From: Candidatus Latescibacterota bacterium
Lineage (GTDB): Bacteria > Latescibacterota > UBA2968 > UBA8231
DNA length: 64,000 nt
Direction: 5' to 3'
Assembly (NCBI GenBank): GCA_965223905.1
Contig: CBDCXV010000002.1
Location: 416,001 to 480,000, forward strand
The notes under the pieces are model-generated. The model had not been told where the DNA came from. It saw only the letters and a list, made by a program, of their open reading frames with translations, and did no database searches. The position numbers and the translations under genes are program-made. Shown one piece after another: positions 27,938 through 38,788 of this stretch (position 1 is its first letter; each line of letters starts with the position of its first letter).

Positions 27938-28873
27938 GTGAGTGACGCTCCGATCCGCCTTGCCGCATTCGACTGGCTCGCCGAGCAGGTTTCCCAGCAC
28001 GACGACGTCCTTCCTTGGTCGGTGCTCCACCGAGGTTTTGACTTCAAGGGCAATCGCATTCCGCTCGTCAGCATGCCGGGGATCTTCAAGCCACGCGCGT
28101 GCGAGCTGCCGCTCTCAATTCGGACCGCCGTCGATGGGCCCTACGACGACCGCGCGAGCGGCGGGGGACGCTTCCATTATGCGTATCGCGGAACCGACCC
28201 CAATCATCCGGACAACGCGGGGCTCCGTGAGCTCATGCAACAGCGCATCCCGCTCATCTATTTCTTCGGTCTCGTTCCCGCGCGCTACCTCCCTGCTTGG
28301 CCGGTGTTGGTCATCGGAGACGACCCGGGCGGACTAACCTTCACGATCCAGCTCGACGATACGGCAATGCTGGACTTCCACGAGGCAGTCTCGCCGGCCA
28401 AGTCCACCCACGGGTTGGTTGGCGAGGAGCGGCGCCGATATGTGACTCGCGAATTTCAGTTTCGCGTCCACCAGCGTTCATTTCGGGAGCGAGTCCTTCG
28501 TGCGTACCAGACCCAATGCGCGGTTTGCCGTCTAAGGCACCGTGAGCTCCTCGACGCAGCTCATATCGTTTCTGATAAGGAAGGGGGAGATCCGAGCGTG
28601 CCAAACGGCCTTTCCCTCTGCAAGCTGCATCACGCTGCGTATGACAAGCACTTTGTCGGGGTACGCCCGGACGGGATCATCGAGGTCCGCCGCGCCATTC
28701 TCGAGGAGCAGGACGGTCCGATGCTGCTCCACGGGCTGAAGCGGCTTCACCAGACCAGGATCTACCGGCCGAAAAATGCTGCGAATCGCCCAGATCCGCA
28801 CTTGCTGGAGACCCGCTACGCGCGTTTTGTTGCCGCAGGCAGCGACTCGCCCCTGCTCCCTCCAGCAAGCTGA
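27938..28873 (+). CDS. HNH endonuclease with putative SRA-like N-terminal domain
   Basis: FRERVLRAY..QCAVC..LLDAAHIV..NGLSLCKLHHAAYD; N-terminal GIFKP..GPYDD..YAYRG..DNAGL. Confidence 0.85.
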   Translation: MSDAPIRLAAFDWLAEQVSQHDDVLPWSVLHRGFDFKGNRIPLVSMPGIFKPRACELPLSIRTAVDGPYDDRASGGGRFHYAYRGTDPNHPDNAGLRELMQQRIPLIYFFGLVPARYLPAWPVLVIGDDPGGLTFTIQLDDTAMLDFHEAVSPAKSTHGLVGEERRRYVTREFQFRVHQRSFRERVLRAYQTQCAVCRLRHRELLDAAHIVSDKEGGDPSVPNGLSLCKLHHAAYDKHFVGVRPDGIIEVRRAILEEQDGPMLLHGLKRLHQTRIYRPKNAANRPDPHLLETRYARFVAAGSDSPLLPPAS

Positions 28874-28960
28874 TCATCCAACGGAATCTGTGGTCCACGT
28901 TTCGCAGAGGTAGCTGTCCCTGTCGGCTCGCCTACCTCTCCCGGTTCTATAGCCTTCTCG
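28842..28960. repeat. Dispersed ~120-bp repeat, copy 1 (copy 2 at 41053-41175)
   Basis: Shared CCCTCCAGCAAGCTGATCATCCAAC.GAATCTGTGGTCC..GTAGCTG..GGCTCGCC.ACCTCTCCCGGTTCTA. Confidence 0.85.
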
Positions 28961-28983
28961 GAGGTCTTGAAGGCCGGGTTCGG

Positions 28984-29083
28984 AGCGCCTTGTCCCTGAT
29001 GTCCCAGGGAACCATGTCCTCCGCGGCCAGGGCAATTGCCAGCAATCCGCCCTGGCCGGCTCCCGAGGCAGCCTCCTCGAGCC
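28984..29083 (-). pseudogene. 100-bp shard of an enolase-superfamily gene homologous to 52992-53091
   Basis: Gap-free alignment; EAASGAGQGGLLAIALAAEDMVPWDIRDKAL vs EAASGAGPGGLLAMALAAVDMALWDIKGKAL. Confidence 0.8.
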
Positions 29084-29374
29084 TGACCCCTCGCGTGCTG
29101 GCCAACCCTGTCGCCGCCCCGCTCCCCAACTGACGAATCCCAAGCCAACCACTGCTCACAGCCACATGTAGAACAGCTCTAACGCCCTCCCCGACCCAGC
29201 CGGCCGAAGCCCGAACAACAGCACGATTACGGAACGGCTTTGACGAAGCCGCCCCGTACGACTGCGTCCGACCCACAACACCAGCGCGATCCCCTTCGGG
29301 CCTTCTCCCAAGAGGCAGCCGGTTGCCCCCGCTCCGGGGTCAGGTGTTCCTGGACCGCCCCCCTTCACTCGTGC

Positions 29375-29412
29375 CGTCCATTTGTGGACGCCTGTCGTCC
29401 ATCGATGGACGA
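29375..29412. promoter_or_regulatory. Tandem enhancer (UAS) palindromes CGTCCA-N4-TGGACG
   Basis: 29375-29390 and 29396-29411, centres 21 bp apart, upstream of the sigma54 promoter. Confidence 0.7.
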
Positions 29413-29463
29413 TCACCCCCAGGGCCAAATCCATAACCGATTGTTTTTTCTTCACTTTGATTC

Positions 29464-29478
29464 TGGCACGGTGCTTGC
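29464..29478 (+). promoter_or_regulatory. Sigma54 -24/-12 promoter
   Basis: TGGCAC-GGTGC-TTGC consensus match; the operon encodes a sigma54 activator. Confidence 0.85.
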
Positions 29479-29490
29479 GTAAGGGTCGCC

Positions 29491-30747
29491 ATGGACATGG
29501 ACCGGCCACTTACAGACGAACAGATCTGGAGAAGACGAGCCCGCAGGGCGGCTCCGGTGATCGGATTCGCCCTGGCCGCAGGCTTGGCCGCGGCGGTTCT
29601 CCCGGGTTGGGTCGCCCCGAGTCTCGAACGCCGCAATCTCCTGATTTCCACGGTGGACACAGGCCCCGTGGAGGCGGGTATCAGCGGTTCCGGAGTCATC
29701 GAGCCTTTGACGGAGCATGTCCTCTTTTCACCCGTCGATGCCGAGGTGCGCCAGATCCTGCGACAGCCTGGCGACCCGGTTGCCCCGCGGGAGGTGGTTT
29801 TTCACCTCGACGTCAGTCACTTGCGGCGGGATCTGGAGCAACTGCAGGGTGAAATCGACCTGCTCGCCAATCGCAGGACCCGGACCGAGACCGAACATCA
29901 ACAGCAGATGGACGATTTGCAGATGAAGCTGCGCATGACGCGTCTGTCGGCGGATGCTCTGGCGGTCAAGGCCCGGCAGACCCGCGAGATGCTGGAGTTC
30001 GGGGGCGTATCGAAAAACGCACTCGGCGAAATCGAGCTCGACCGGAAACGGGTTTCACTGGAACTGGAACAGCTGCAACGCCAGCAGACCCGGCTGCGCG
30101 CAGCCTTCATCAGCCGGCTCGAAGCGATCGAGCTGGAGTCGGCGGCGCTGCAGCTCAAGGTCGACCAGCTCCGGGAGGACCTGGCCTACGGCTCACTGCG
30201 CAGCTCGGTAAACGGTATCGTCACCCGGATCGGTGTCGAGGTGGGGGCAACGGTTCGGAAGGGCTCGGAGATTGCTCGCATCGCCGATCTGAGCGCCTAC
30301 AGGGCGGACGTCGTCGTTCCTGATATCCACGCCGATCTCCTCGCGCCGCAGATGCCGGTCCGCCTGGTGCTGTCCGATAATCGGGAACTGAGCGGCTGGA
30401 TCGAGCACGTCTTCCCCACCTCCGAGTCGAGCGCCGTACATCTTGATGTCCGCCTGAAGGAACCTTCCCATGGCGCCCTGCGGCCGAAGATGCGGGTGGA
30501 GGCCTGGATCGTCACCGAACGCCGGGCGCAGGTGCCCCGCCTGCCCAAGGGACCTATCCCCCGCGACGAACTGGGGGTGCGCCAGGCGTTCGTCCTGCGT
30601 GGGGAAAGCGCGGTCAGGACGCCGGTCAAGCTCGGCCTGATCGGCCGCAGCTATTTCGAGGTGGCAGCGGGACTTTCTGTCGGAGACGAAGTGTTGGCCA
30701 TCGACACCCAGCGGTTCCTGCAACGGGATCGAATAGCGATCGAATAA
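29491..30747 (+). CDS. HlyD/MacA-family periplasmic adaptor
   Basis: N-terminal TM, lipoyl halves flanking a long coiled coil, V.LG...EV..GL..GDEV C-terminus. Confidence 0.88.
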   Translation: MDMDRPLTDEQIWRRRARRAAPVIGFALAAGLAAAVLPGWVAPSLERRNLLISTVDTGPVEAGISGSGVIEPLTEHVLFSPVDAEVRQILRQPGDPVAPREVVFHLDVSHLRRDLEQLQGEIDLLANRRTRTETEHQQQMDDLQMKLRMTRLSADALAVKARQTREMLEFGGVSKNALGEIELDRKRVSLELEQLQRQQTRLRAAFISRLEAIELESAALQLKVDQLREDLAYGSLRSSVNGIVTRIGVEVGATVRKGSEIARIADLSAYRADVVVPDIHADLLAPQMPVRLVLSDNRELSGWIEHVFPTSESSAVHLDVRLKEPSHGALRPKMRVEAWIVTERRAQVPRLPKGPIPRDELGVRQAFVLRGESAVRTPVKLGLIGRSYFEVAAGLSVGDEVLAIDTQRFLQRDRIAIE

Positions 30748-30761
30748 GGAGGGATGCGAGA

Positions 30762-31427
<666 letters not shown>

Positions 31428-31453
31428 CGACGCCTGTCCGAGAGGAGCGCGCC

Positions 31454-32758
31454 ATGTGGAAGAACCACCTCAAAATCGCCCTGAAGGTGTTGTTGCGGCG
31501 CAAGTTCATCACCGCGGTCAGCCTTCTCGGGATCGGCTTTACACTGACCGTGCTGATGGTTGCGGCGGCCCTCGTCGACCACCGGATCGGACCCTGTCCT
31601 CCCGAGACCAGGGGGGACCGCCTGTTGAAAGTCACGGGTGCCTGCCTGGTCAATGAGGATTTCTACAAGGAAGGCTCAGGCTCGGTCTCCGCGGGGGGAC
31701 TCGGATTCGGCTTGGTAAGGCATGTAAAAAAACTGCAAACCCCTGAGAAGATCGCCGTCTACGAGAACAACCGGCAGCAGGCCACCTACCAGGGTGGAGA
31801 GAAGCGGCTGTTGGACGTCAAGGCGACCGACGCGGCGTACTGGGAGATCATGGAGTTCGATTTCCTCGAGGGGCGCCCGTTCACGGCTGACGAGGTTGCC
31901 GGGATGAGCGCCGTGGCCGTCATCGACCGGAAAACGGGAGCAGCCCTGTTCCCAGGTCAGCCGGCTGTCGGCCAAATTCTGGAAACGATCGAAAAGCGGT
32001 ATCGTGTCGTCGGAGTGGTCCAGACCGTGCCCGACGGATCCCGCCAATCGGTGGGGGCCGACATGTGGGTACCGCTCGATCCGTACCACCCCGGGATGGC
32101 GCACAAATTCCTCGGCGGGCTGAACCTCCTGTTGCTGGCCCGCAGCCCGAGCGATTTCCTCGCAATCAGGAAGGAGTTCGGCGCGATGCTGGAAGCGATC
32201 GACCTGTCGAGCCACCCCTGGGCATACTTCGTCAGCGCCTTTCCCGGGACGGACCTGGACGAAATCGCCATCCTGCGAGCGATGGTTTTCGGTTCTGGCC
32301 AGTGGGTGAGCTCAGATATGGCAGCCATGCTCGAAGCTCTGCCGGGGTTGCGATCGAGATTGATCCTTTCAGCTCTCGGCGTCGTGCTGCTGTTCATGGC
32401 AGTCACCTCTTTGAGTCTTGTCAATCTCAACGTGAGCCGCATCATGGAACGAGCGTCTGAAATAGGAGTGCGCAAGAGCTTCGGGGCTACTTCGATTCAA
32501 CTGGTGCGGCAGTTCCTCATCGAAAACCTGGTCCTCACCATGTTGGGCGGCCTTGTCGGTTTCTGTATTTCATACGGCATTCTCGAATTCCGCATGGGCA
32601 TGACAGCCGGCATCCCGGACGACTTCGGCATGAACTACCGTCTGTTCCTCGCCGGCCTTCTCTTCACCATGTTCTTCGGTCTGGTCTCGGGCATCTACCC
32701 CGCCTGGAGAATGTCCCGGCTCCACCCGGTCGAAGCGGTGAGGGGAGGTAGAAGATGA
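31454..32758 (+). CDS. MacB/FtsX-type ABC permease
   Basis: GRPFT, ERASEIGVRKSFGA, GIYPAWRMSRLHPVEA. Confidence 0.9.
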   Translation: MWKNHLKIALKVLLRRKFITAVSLLGIGFTLTVLMVAAALVDHRIGPCPPETRGDRLLKVTGACLVNEDFYKEGSGSVSAGGLGFGLVRHVKKLQTPEKIAVYENNRQQATYQGGEKRLLDVKATDAAYWEIMEFDFLEGRPFTADEVAGMSAVAVIDRKTGAALFPGQPAVGQILETIEKRYRVVGVVQTVPDGSRQSVGADMWVPLDPYHPGMAHKFLGGLNLLLLARSPSDFLAIRKEFGAMLEAIDLSSHPWAYFVSAFPGTDLDEIAILRAMVFGSGQWVSSDMAAMLEALPGLRSRLILSALGVVLLFMAVTSLSLVNLNVSRIMERASEIGVRKSFGATSIQLVRQFLIENLVLTMLGGLVGFCISYGILEFRMGMTAGIPDDFGMNYRLFLAGLLFTMFFGLVSGIYPAWRMSRLHPVEAVRGGRR

Positions 32759-33957
32759 TCCGCCATTTCCTGAGGCTGACCTGGAACCGGAAACGGGGTC
32801 AGTTCCTGCTGGGCCTGGAGCTGCTGGTATGCTTTCTGTTGATCGCCGCGGTGACCACCTATGCGTTTCGCGATTACCTGAATTTCCGGCGTCCCCTGGG
32901 TTACGAGGTAGAGGATGTATGGACCGTCAGATTCGGGACACCGAGTTCCCATACGGGAGAATGGACCGCGGCGGATTCCATCGCCATGCAGCAGGCAATC
33001 CTCATATTGAGGAGCATGCCGGAGGTCGTCGCTGTCGCCGAAAACCCCACCCCGCCGATGTCGGGGGCCGTTTCTACGTCGACTCTCGAACTGCCCGGAC
33101 AGGGATCTCGACAATGCTACTACACCGAGTCCGGCATGGACCTGGCGAAGGTGTTGCGCCTCGATATCGCGCGCGGCAGATGGTTCGACGGCACCGACCT
33201 GGCGGCGGCAAAACCGGGGTTCGTGATCAACGAGGGTCTGGCGCGAGCCATGCACGGAAGCGCCGACCCGGTCGGCAAACCGTTCACCACGGACGGGAGC
33301 GACAATCTCGGCCCCATCATCGGAGTCGTTTCCGACTATCGCCAATTGGGCAGGTTCGAGGACCCGCACTGGTCGAGATTGCGCCTGGTGCGGCACGACC
33401 GGCCGCTCGCCGAAGGCCTGCCGACAAGCTTCATGGTCCGCCTGCAGCCGGGAACGCCGCGTCAGTTCGAGCGCGTGTTGCGGCAGAAGCTGAATGCCGC
33501 GGCGCCGGGATGGCACCTGGATCTCCGTTCCCTGAAGGATGTTCACGCCGGCCCGGTTCAGGAAATTTTTAGATCAATACGTGTGTGGTTCGCCGGTCTG
33601 GCCGCGGCAATCGTCTGCCTCGTAGCTCTTAGCCTTGTCGGAATCATGTGCCAGACCATCGCCGAGCGGACCCGGGAAATAGGTGTGCGGCGGGCAGCAG
33701 GCGCGAATGCCATGGGGGTGTACGCCCAGTTCATCGGGGAGGGGCTCATGCTGACTACGGTTGCCATGGGGTTCGGGGGCTTCCTTCTGGGCCAGGTTGC
33801 GATCCTTGGATTCTTCCCCGAGCTTCCGCCCGCTGCCTGGTTGGCAGGTGCGGCCTCCGCAGCTGTTCTGATGTATCTGATCATCGTCCTGGCCACAGCC
33901 TATCCGGCCTGGCTCGCGACCCGGGTGCACCCGGTCCAGGCGCTTCACTGGGAATGA
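32755..33957 (+). CDS. MacB/FtsX-type ABC permease
   Basis: GRWF, ERTREIGVRRAAGA, YPAWLATRVHPVQAL; ATGA overlap with previous gene. Confidence 0.9.
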   Translation: MIRHFLRLTWNRKRGQFLLGLELLVCFLLIAAVTTYAFRDYLNFRRPLGYEVEDVWTVRFGTPSSHTGEWTAADSIAMQQAILILRSMPEVVAVAENPTPPMSGAVSTSTLELPGQGSRQCYYTESGMDLAKVLRLDIARGRWFDGTDLAAAKPGFVINEGLARAMHGSADPVGKPFTTDGSDNLGPIIGVVSDYRQLGRFEDPHWSRLRLVRHDRPLAEGLPTSFMVRLQPGTPRQFERVLRQKLNAAAPGWHLDLRSLKDVHAGPVQEIFRSIRVWFAGLAAAIVCLVALSLVGIMCQTIAERTREIGVRRAAGANAMGVYAQFIGEGLMLTTVAMGFGGFLLGQVAILGFFPELPPAAWLAGAASAAVLMYLIIVLATAYPAWLATRVHPVQALHWE

Positions 33958-33991
33958 CCCGCGCAAAACCGGGCGCGCTCAACGGCCTCCC

Positions 33992-35362
33992 GTGATCCTC
34001 ATCGTCGACGACGATCCCGCCATCGCCGCCTCGCTCGAACTGCTGCTCAAGCAGGCGGGATACCCGGCGCGCAGCGTCGCCACTCCCGGGCAGGCGCTGC
34101 GCCTCCTCGCCGCCGGGAAATGCCGGCTCCTCCTGCAGGACATGAACTTTTCCTCCGAGACCACGGGGGAGGAAGGCCTGGACCTCCTCCGCGCCGTCAA
34201 GAACCGCTACCCGCGGCTGCCCGTCATCCTCATCACCGCCTGGGGCTCGATCGAGCTGGCGGTGCAGGGGATGCGCCTGGGGGCCTTCGATTTCCTGACC
34301 AAGCCGTGGTCGAACGAGCGCATGATCCAGGCGGTTCGGACGGCGCTCGGGGTCGCCGGGGCACGGCCCCGGGAGGACGCCTCCGTCAGCCGGGAACAAC
34401 TGGATCGACAGTACGACTTCAGCAACATCATCGGCAGCGACCCGCAGCTTATGAAGGTCCTCGACATTGCCGGCAGGGTCGCTCCCACCGACGCCTCGGT
34501 GTTGCTCACCGGCGAAAGCGGCACCGGAAAGGACGAGGTCGCGGTTGCCGTCGTGCGCAACAGCGCCCGCCGCGACCGTCCCTTCGTCAAGGTCAACCTT
34601 GGGGGAATCTCCACCTCCCTGTTCGAGAGCGAGATGTTCGGACACGTGAAGGGGGCCTTCACCGATGCCCGCGCCGATCGCCGGGGGCGGTTCTCGATGG
34701 CCGACCAAGGCACCATCTTCCTCGACGAGATCGGCGACCTGGAGCCGGCCAGCCAGGTGAAGCTGTTGCGTGTCCTGCAGGAACGCACCTTCGAAGTGCT
34801 CGGCTCCAGCGAGATCCAATCGGTGGACGTCAGGGTCATTGCCGCTACCAACAGGGACCTCCCCGGCATGGTAGCCGCGGGGGATTTTCGCGAGGACCTG
34901 TTCTACCGGCTCAACCTCATTTCGCTGCATCTCCCTCCCCTGCGCCAGCGAAGGGGGGACATACCGGACCTGGCACGGCACCTGCTCCGCGTCGCCGCCC
35001 ACACCCACGGCCGCGATGAGCTGGAGCTCAATGACCCCGCCCTCGACTGGTTGAGCGCAAGGGAATGGCCGGGAAACGTGCGCGAGCTCAAACAGCTGAT
35101 CGAGCGAACCGTGCTCATCACCCGGGGTGATCGACTCGACCCGTCCCACCTCGCCGCCGCGGCCGCCATGGAACCGGAAGCCTCGCCGCGGCAAGGCGAG
35201 TTCCCCGAAGCCGGCTCGATGACCCTGGACGAGGTCGAGCGCGCCGTCATTCAGCGGTGCCTCGAACGCTACGGCAACAACCTGACCAGTGTCGCCGCGG
35301 CGTTGGGTCTGAGCCGCGGCTCTCTGTACCGGCGGCTGGAGAAACACGGGATTCGCCCTTGA
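33992..35362 (+). CDS. Sigma54-dependent response regulator (REC-AAA-Fis HTH)
   Basis: ILIVDDD, GESGTGK, GAFTDA, FLDEIG, WPGNVREL, LYRRL. Confidence 0.95.
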   Translation: MILIVDDDPAIAASLELLLKQAGYPARSVATPGQALRLLAAGKCRLLLQDMNFSSETTGEEGLDLLRAVKNRYPRLPVILITAWGSIELAVQGMRLGAFDFLTKPWSNERMIQAVRTALGVAGARPREDASVSREQLDRQYDFSNIIGSDPQLMKVLDIAGRVAPTDASVLLTGESGTGKDEVAVAVVRNSARRDRPFVKVNLGGISTSLFESEMFGHVKGAFTDARADRRGRFSMADQGTIFLDEIGDLEPASQVKLLRVLQERTFEVLGSSEIQSVDVRVIAATNRDLPGMVAAGDFREDLFYRLNLISLHLPPLRQRRGDIPDLARHLLRVAAHTHGRDELELNDPALDWLSAREWPGNVRELKQLIERTVLITRGDRLDPSHLAAAAAMEPEASPRQGEFPEAGSMTLDEVERAVIQRCLERYGNNLTSVAAALGLSRGSLYRRLEKHGIRP

Positions 35363-36660
35363 AGCTCAAGACCAAGCTCCTGGTCTTTCTGGCCGTCCTT
35401 CACCTCGCCATTGCAGTCCTGCTTTTCCTTCTGTACCCGGGCAATGCAGTACTGTTCATCGCCGCCGAAATGATCCTCCTGGGCTCGTTTCTCATCGGGT
35501 GGCGCTGGGTGAACCGGATTTCGGAACCGCTCTATCTGAGCGACATGGGAGCCGAGCTGATCGGCGAGGGGGATTTCACCACCAAGTTCGTCGAGGTGGG
35601 GCAGCGGGAGGTGGACAAACTCGTGCGCATCTACAACCACATGATCGACCGCTTCCGGGACGAACGGGTTCGGCTGGAGGAACAGAATCTCTTCCTCCAT
35701 CAGGTGGTCGATCGATCGCCGTCGGGCATTGCAATCTTCGGCGTCGACGGGAACATCGACCGCATCAATCCGGCGGCAGAGCGGATGTTGGGGGTCGGCC
35801 GGGACGATGCCGCGGGAAAGTGCCTGGCGGATGTGGGGGGTTCTCTCGCCGAGGCCATGGAGCAGCTTCCCATGAATGGCGCCCGGATCGTCACCCCGCA
35901 AGCCGGGACAAAGTTGAGAATCCGGAAATCGAAGTTTGTCGACCGGGGTGTGCCGCGAACCTTCGTCATGATGGAGGAGCTTACCGACGAGATCCGCCGT
36001 TCGGAACGGGATGCCTACGAAAAGTTGATTCGCATGATCTCCCACGAGGCCAACAATTCTCTCGCCGCCATCAGATCCCTGCTCGAGAGCGCCCGGAACT
36101 ACAGCCCCCAGATCGGCGAGAGGGATCGCCCCGACTTTTCCACCGCCCTCGATATCTCCATCGAGCGTTCGGAGCATCTCGAAAGCTTCATGAAACGGTA
36201 CGCGGAAGTCGTGAGAATTCCCGCCCCGGAAAAGCGGCCGGCAGATCTGGTCGATCTGTTGCGCCAGGTGGAGCGCTTCCTGCATGCCGAATGCAAACGG
36301 AGAAGCATCGATTGGAAATGGGACCTCGGCGCGGACTCGTGCCTTGTCGATCTGGACCGGGACCAGATGGAGCACGTCCTGCTCAACATCCTCAAGAACG
36401 CCGTGGAAGCGATCGGCGAGTGCGGAACCATTGCGATACGGCTCAATATGAATGGGCGGATCGAGCTGGCCATCGAAGATACCGGCTCCGGCATCGACCC
36501 GGGGGTGCGGGAAAAGCTGTTTACGCCCTTCTTCAGCAGCAAGGAAGGCGGACAGGGTGTGGGGCTTACCCTCGCGGCCGAAATCCTGCGAAACCACGGA
36601 TTTCGCTACACCCTGGAAAGCGAACCGGGAAAACCCACGCGATTTCTCATCTGGTTCTGA
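35359..36660 (+). CDS. PAS-domain sensor histidine kinase
   Basis: TTG start overlapping regulator stop; two TMs, ISHEANN, NILKNAVEA, DTGSGI, GQGVGL. Confidence 0.92.
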   Translation: MKLKTKLLVFLAVLHLAIAVLLFLLYPGNAVLFIAAEMILLGSFLIGWRWVNRISEPLYLSDMGAELIGEGDFTTKFVEVGQREVDKLVRIYNHMIDRFRDERVRLEEQNLFLHQVVDRSPSGIAIFGVDGNIDRINPAAERMLGVGRDDAAGKCLADVGGSLAEAMEQLPMNGARIVTPQAGTKLRIRKSKFVDRGVPRTFVMMEELTDEIRRSERDAYEKLIRMISHEANNSLAAIRSLLESARNYSPQIGERDRPDFSTALDISIERSEHLESFMKRYAEVVRIPAPEKRPADLVDLLRQVERFLHAECKRRSIDWKWDLGADSCLVDLDRDQMEHVLLNILKNAVEAIGECGTIAIRLNMNGRIELAIEDTGSGIDPGVREKLFTPFFSSKEGGQGVGLTLAAEILRNHGFRYTLESEPGKPTRFLIWF

Positions 36661-36892
36661 GCAGATCGGGAAGGATCTAAGCTCGCCCGGGCTTGCCATT
36701 TCCATAGCGAACCTGCTATGGCTCGTTCCTTCTCTACTACAACACTTGCATCGTTATAGAGAATTGGGGCTGCTGACCCCGGAAGCGGAACATCACTGTC
36801 GCGCCGGGGAACTCCAGTCAGCGCGTTAACGCTTCCTCGATGACCGACAAACCGTCGGGTCGGTTTTGTTGTGGCGTTTATACCAGTGCCTG

Positions 36893-37648
36893 CTACTCGG
36901 AAGGAAAGGGCAGGGCAGCGGGTGCGGAACTCGTGAAGACCGAGCCCGGCAGTTCGTCGGAGACAGCCACATCGGTGTGCCGGCGCTCGCCGCGGCCGTC
37001 GGAAAGCAGAATGGATCCATGCCGCTGCCAGTCGGTCCAGGGGCCGGTAAAGCGCGGTTCGGCGTCGGCCGCCTCGCTATAGAACGCCCACTGGGTCACC
37101 AGCCGCGATTCTTGTTCGATCCAGACCGCGTATTTGTTCTGCGGGGTGACCCCGACATCTTTGAAGGTGAGCTCCAGAACTTCAGCTGGCCGGCCGTCCT
37201 CGGTTGCTTCCAGTCCCCGGTAGCGCAGGGTAACGCCGGTGTCCTTGAGCTTGTAGGGCATGACCAGCCAGTACGAGTCGTTGATCCAGGCGCGGTAGCC
37301 GTGCTCGAGCTTGGCCGCCAGCGTGTCGGGATCGTCGATTTCCACACCCGCGGCGAAGGCGCGGCCCTCCTTGCTGTGGATGTTCATCAGCACCGTCAGA
37401 TCGCCTTGCTCGAAACGGATGTCCCCGGTCCACTTGTCCCACACGTGCAAGCGGAAACCGAAGAAGCGCCAAGTGATGTAGCGGGTGGCATCCCAGTTGG
37501 CGCGGCCGCCCAGGGCGGCCATGACTTCGTCGGCCAGGGCGATGGCCTCCGGGTCGGAAACGGCGGCATTGAAGCCGGGGGCTGGAGGATTGTCGGCGGC
37601 GTGGGCCAGGTTGGTGCAAAAGATGAAGACCATGAGTAGGCGCAACAT
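36893..37648 (-). CDS. Secreted conserved hypothetical protein, paralog 1
   Basis: Signal peptide ending AHA; WINDSYWLVMPYKL; near-identical to 41474-42229. Confidence 0.85.
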   Translation of the reverse strand: MLRLLMVFIFCTNLAHAADNPPAPGFNAAVSDPEAIALADEVMAALGGRANWDATRYITWRFFGFRLHVWDKWTGDIRFEQGDLTVLMNIHSKEGRAFAAGVEIDDPDTLAAKLEHGYRAWINDSYWLVMPYKLKDTGVTLRYRGLEATEDGRPAEVLELTFKDVGVTPQNKYAVWIEQESRLVTQWAFYSEAADAEPRFTGPWTDWQRHGSILLSDGRGERRHTDVAVSDELPGSVFTSSAPAALPFPSE

Positions 37649-37760
37649 GAGGATCCTTTCGGCTGTGGTGGCCGGAGCTTACTAAAAGAGTCTGCGCTGA
37701 ATGCTTGCAGACAGCTTCTTACGAATGATCAGGTCGAACCTCGGGTAGCAAATTCTCAAA

Positions 37761-38308
37761 CTCGGCCCCATCTCCTGCGCTACCACGGTGTCCTGGCGCC
37801 CCGGGACCGGGACCGCGACCGCATGGTGACGGCATCGCCACTTGTGGAGCTGCCGGCTTGAAACGCGATTCGAGCGCTTCGTCCTGCGGTCATCGGCTGG
37901 GGTGGGCGGCCCTGCTCTCCCGGGTGTTGCCGCCGAGATCACCCAATTCGCCGCCTGTGGCGGTGGCCTGAGAATCATCGCCGCCGTTACCGATCCGGCC
38001 TCGATCCGAGGCTATCTGGAGGGGGTAGGGCTGCCGACCCGGCCCCCAGCGTTGGCTCCGCCTCAGCCGCGGTTCGGGTTTGCCGTTTGACCTCCCTTCT
38101 GGATCACTTCCGGTGACGGCCGTATGGCCGGGTGCGTCCTGAATGGCCTCCTCAGGTAGCGGATTGATCCTGATCCGGGCGGACAGGAAACAAAACGGCA
38201 CTGCGAGCCCTTTCAAAGGACATGCAAACGACCACCAGGGAGCTTACCCTGCCCCTGGGTGTTCAGTGCCTTGACAGCGGGCCAAAATAGATGCCTCATT
38301 TTTCCTAT
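37761..38308 (+). mobile_element. IS91/ISCR-like rolling-circle element remnant (transposase 3' end plus oriIS-like end), copy 1
   Basis: HLLRYHGVLAP around 37778; CGGGLRIIAAVTDP.SI..YL..VGLPT.PP C-terminus; ends TTTCCTAT. Confidence 0.75.
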
Positions 38309-38313
38309 CCTTA

Positions 38314-38749
38314 AGGTAAAATTATCGTCAATGACCGCATTGCCGACAGCATGTTGCAGCAGATTCTGACGCGAACTGATGAATACGATGTGATTATCAC
38401 CCCGAATTTGAACGGGGATTATCTCTCGGATGCCGAAGCAGCACAGGTCGGCGGTATCGGTATGGCACCCGGCGGTAACCTCAGCGATGAAGTCGCACTT
38501 TTTGAGGCGACGCATGGCACCGCACCGAAGTACACCGATCAGGATGTCGTCAATCCGGGTTCGCTTATCCTCTCTGCGGTGATGATGCTGGAGCACATCG
38601 GCTGGGAAGAAGCCGCCGACCTGATTATTTCGGGACTTGAGAAGACCATCCTCCAGAAACGGGTGACCTATGATCTGGAACGTCTCATGGAAGGCGCGAC
38701 GAAAGTCCGCACCTCCGAGTTCGGCGCATCGATTATCGAGAACTTTTAG
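38314..38749 (+). pseudogene. icd: 3' fragment of NADP-isocitrate dehydrogenase
   Basis: [45 protein letters not shown]; 5' portion absent. Confidence 0.9.
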
Positions 38750-38788
38750 CGAAAACCTCTTCCACCCCACATAGCAAAGGAACGGCAT

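Noticed and set aside
28842-28960. Integron attC site
   Set aside because: No convincing RYYYAAC/GTTRRRY inverted core and no integron integrase in the window
38314-38749. icd 3' duplication as the att site of an icd-integrating prophage
   Set aside because: No adjacent integrase or 5' icd; the fragment begins at an IS91-like end instead
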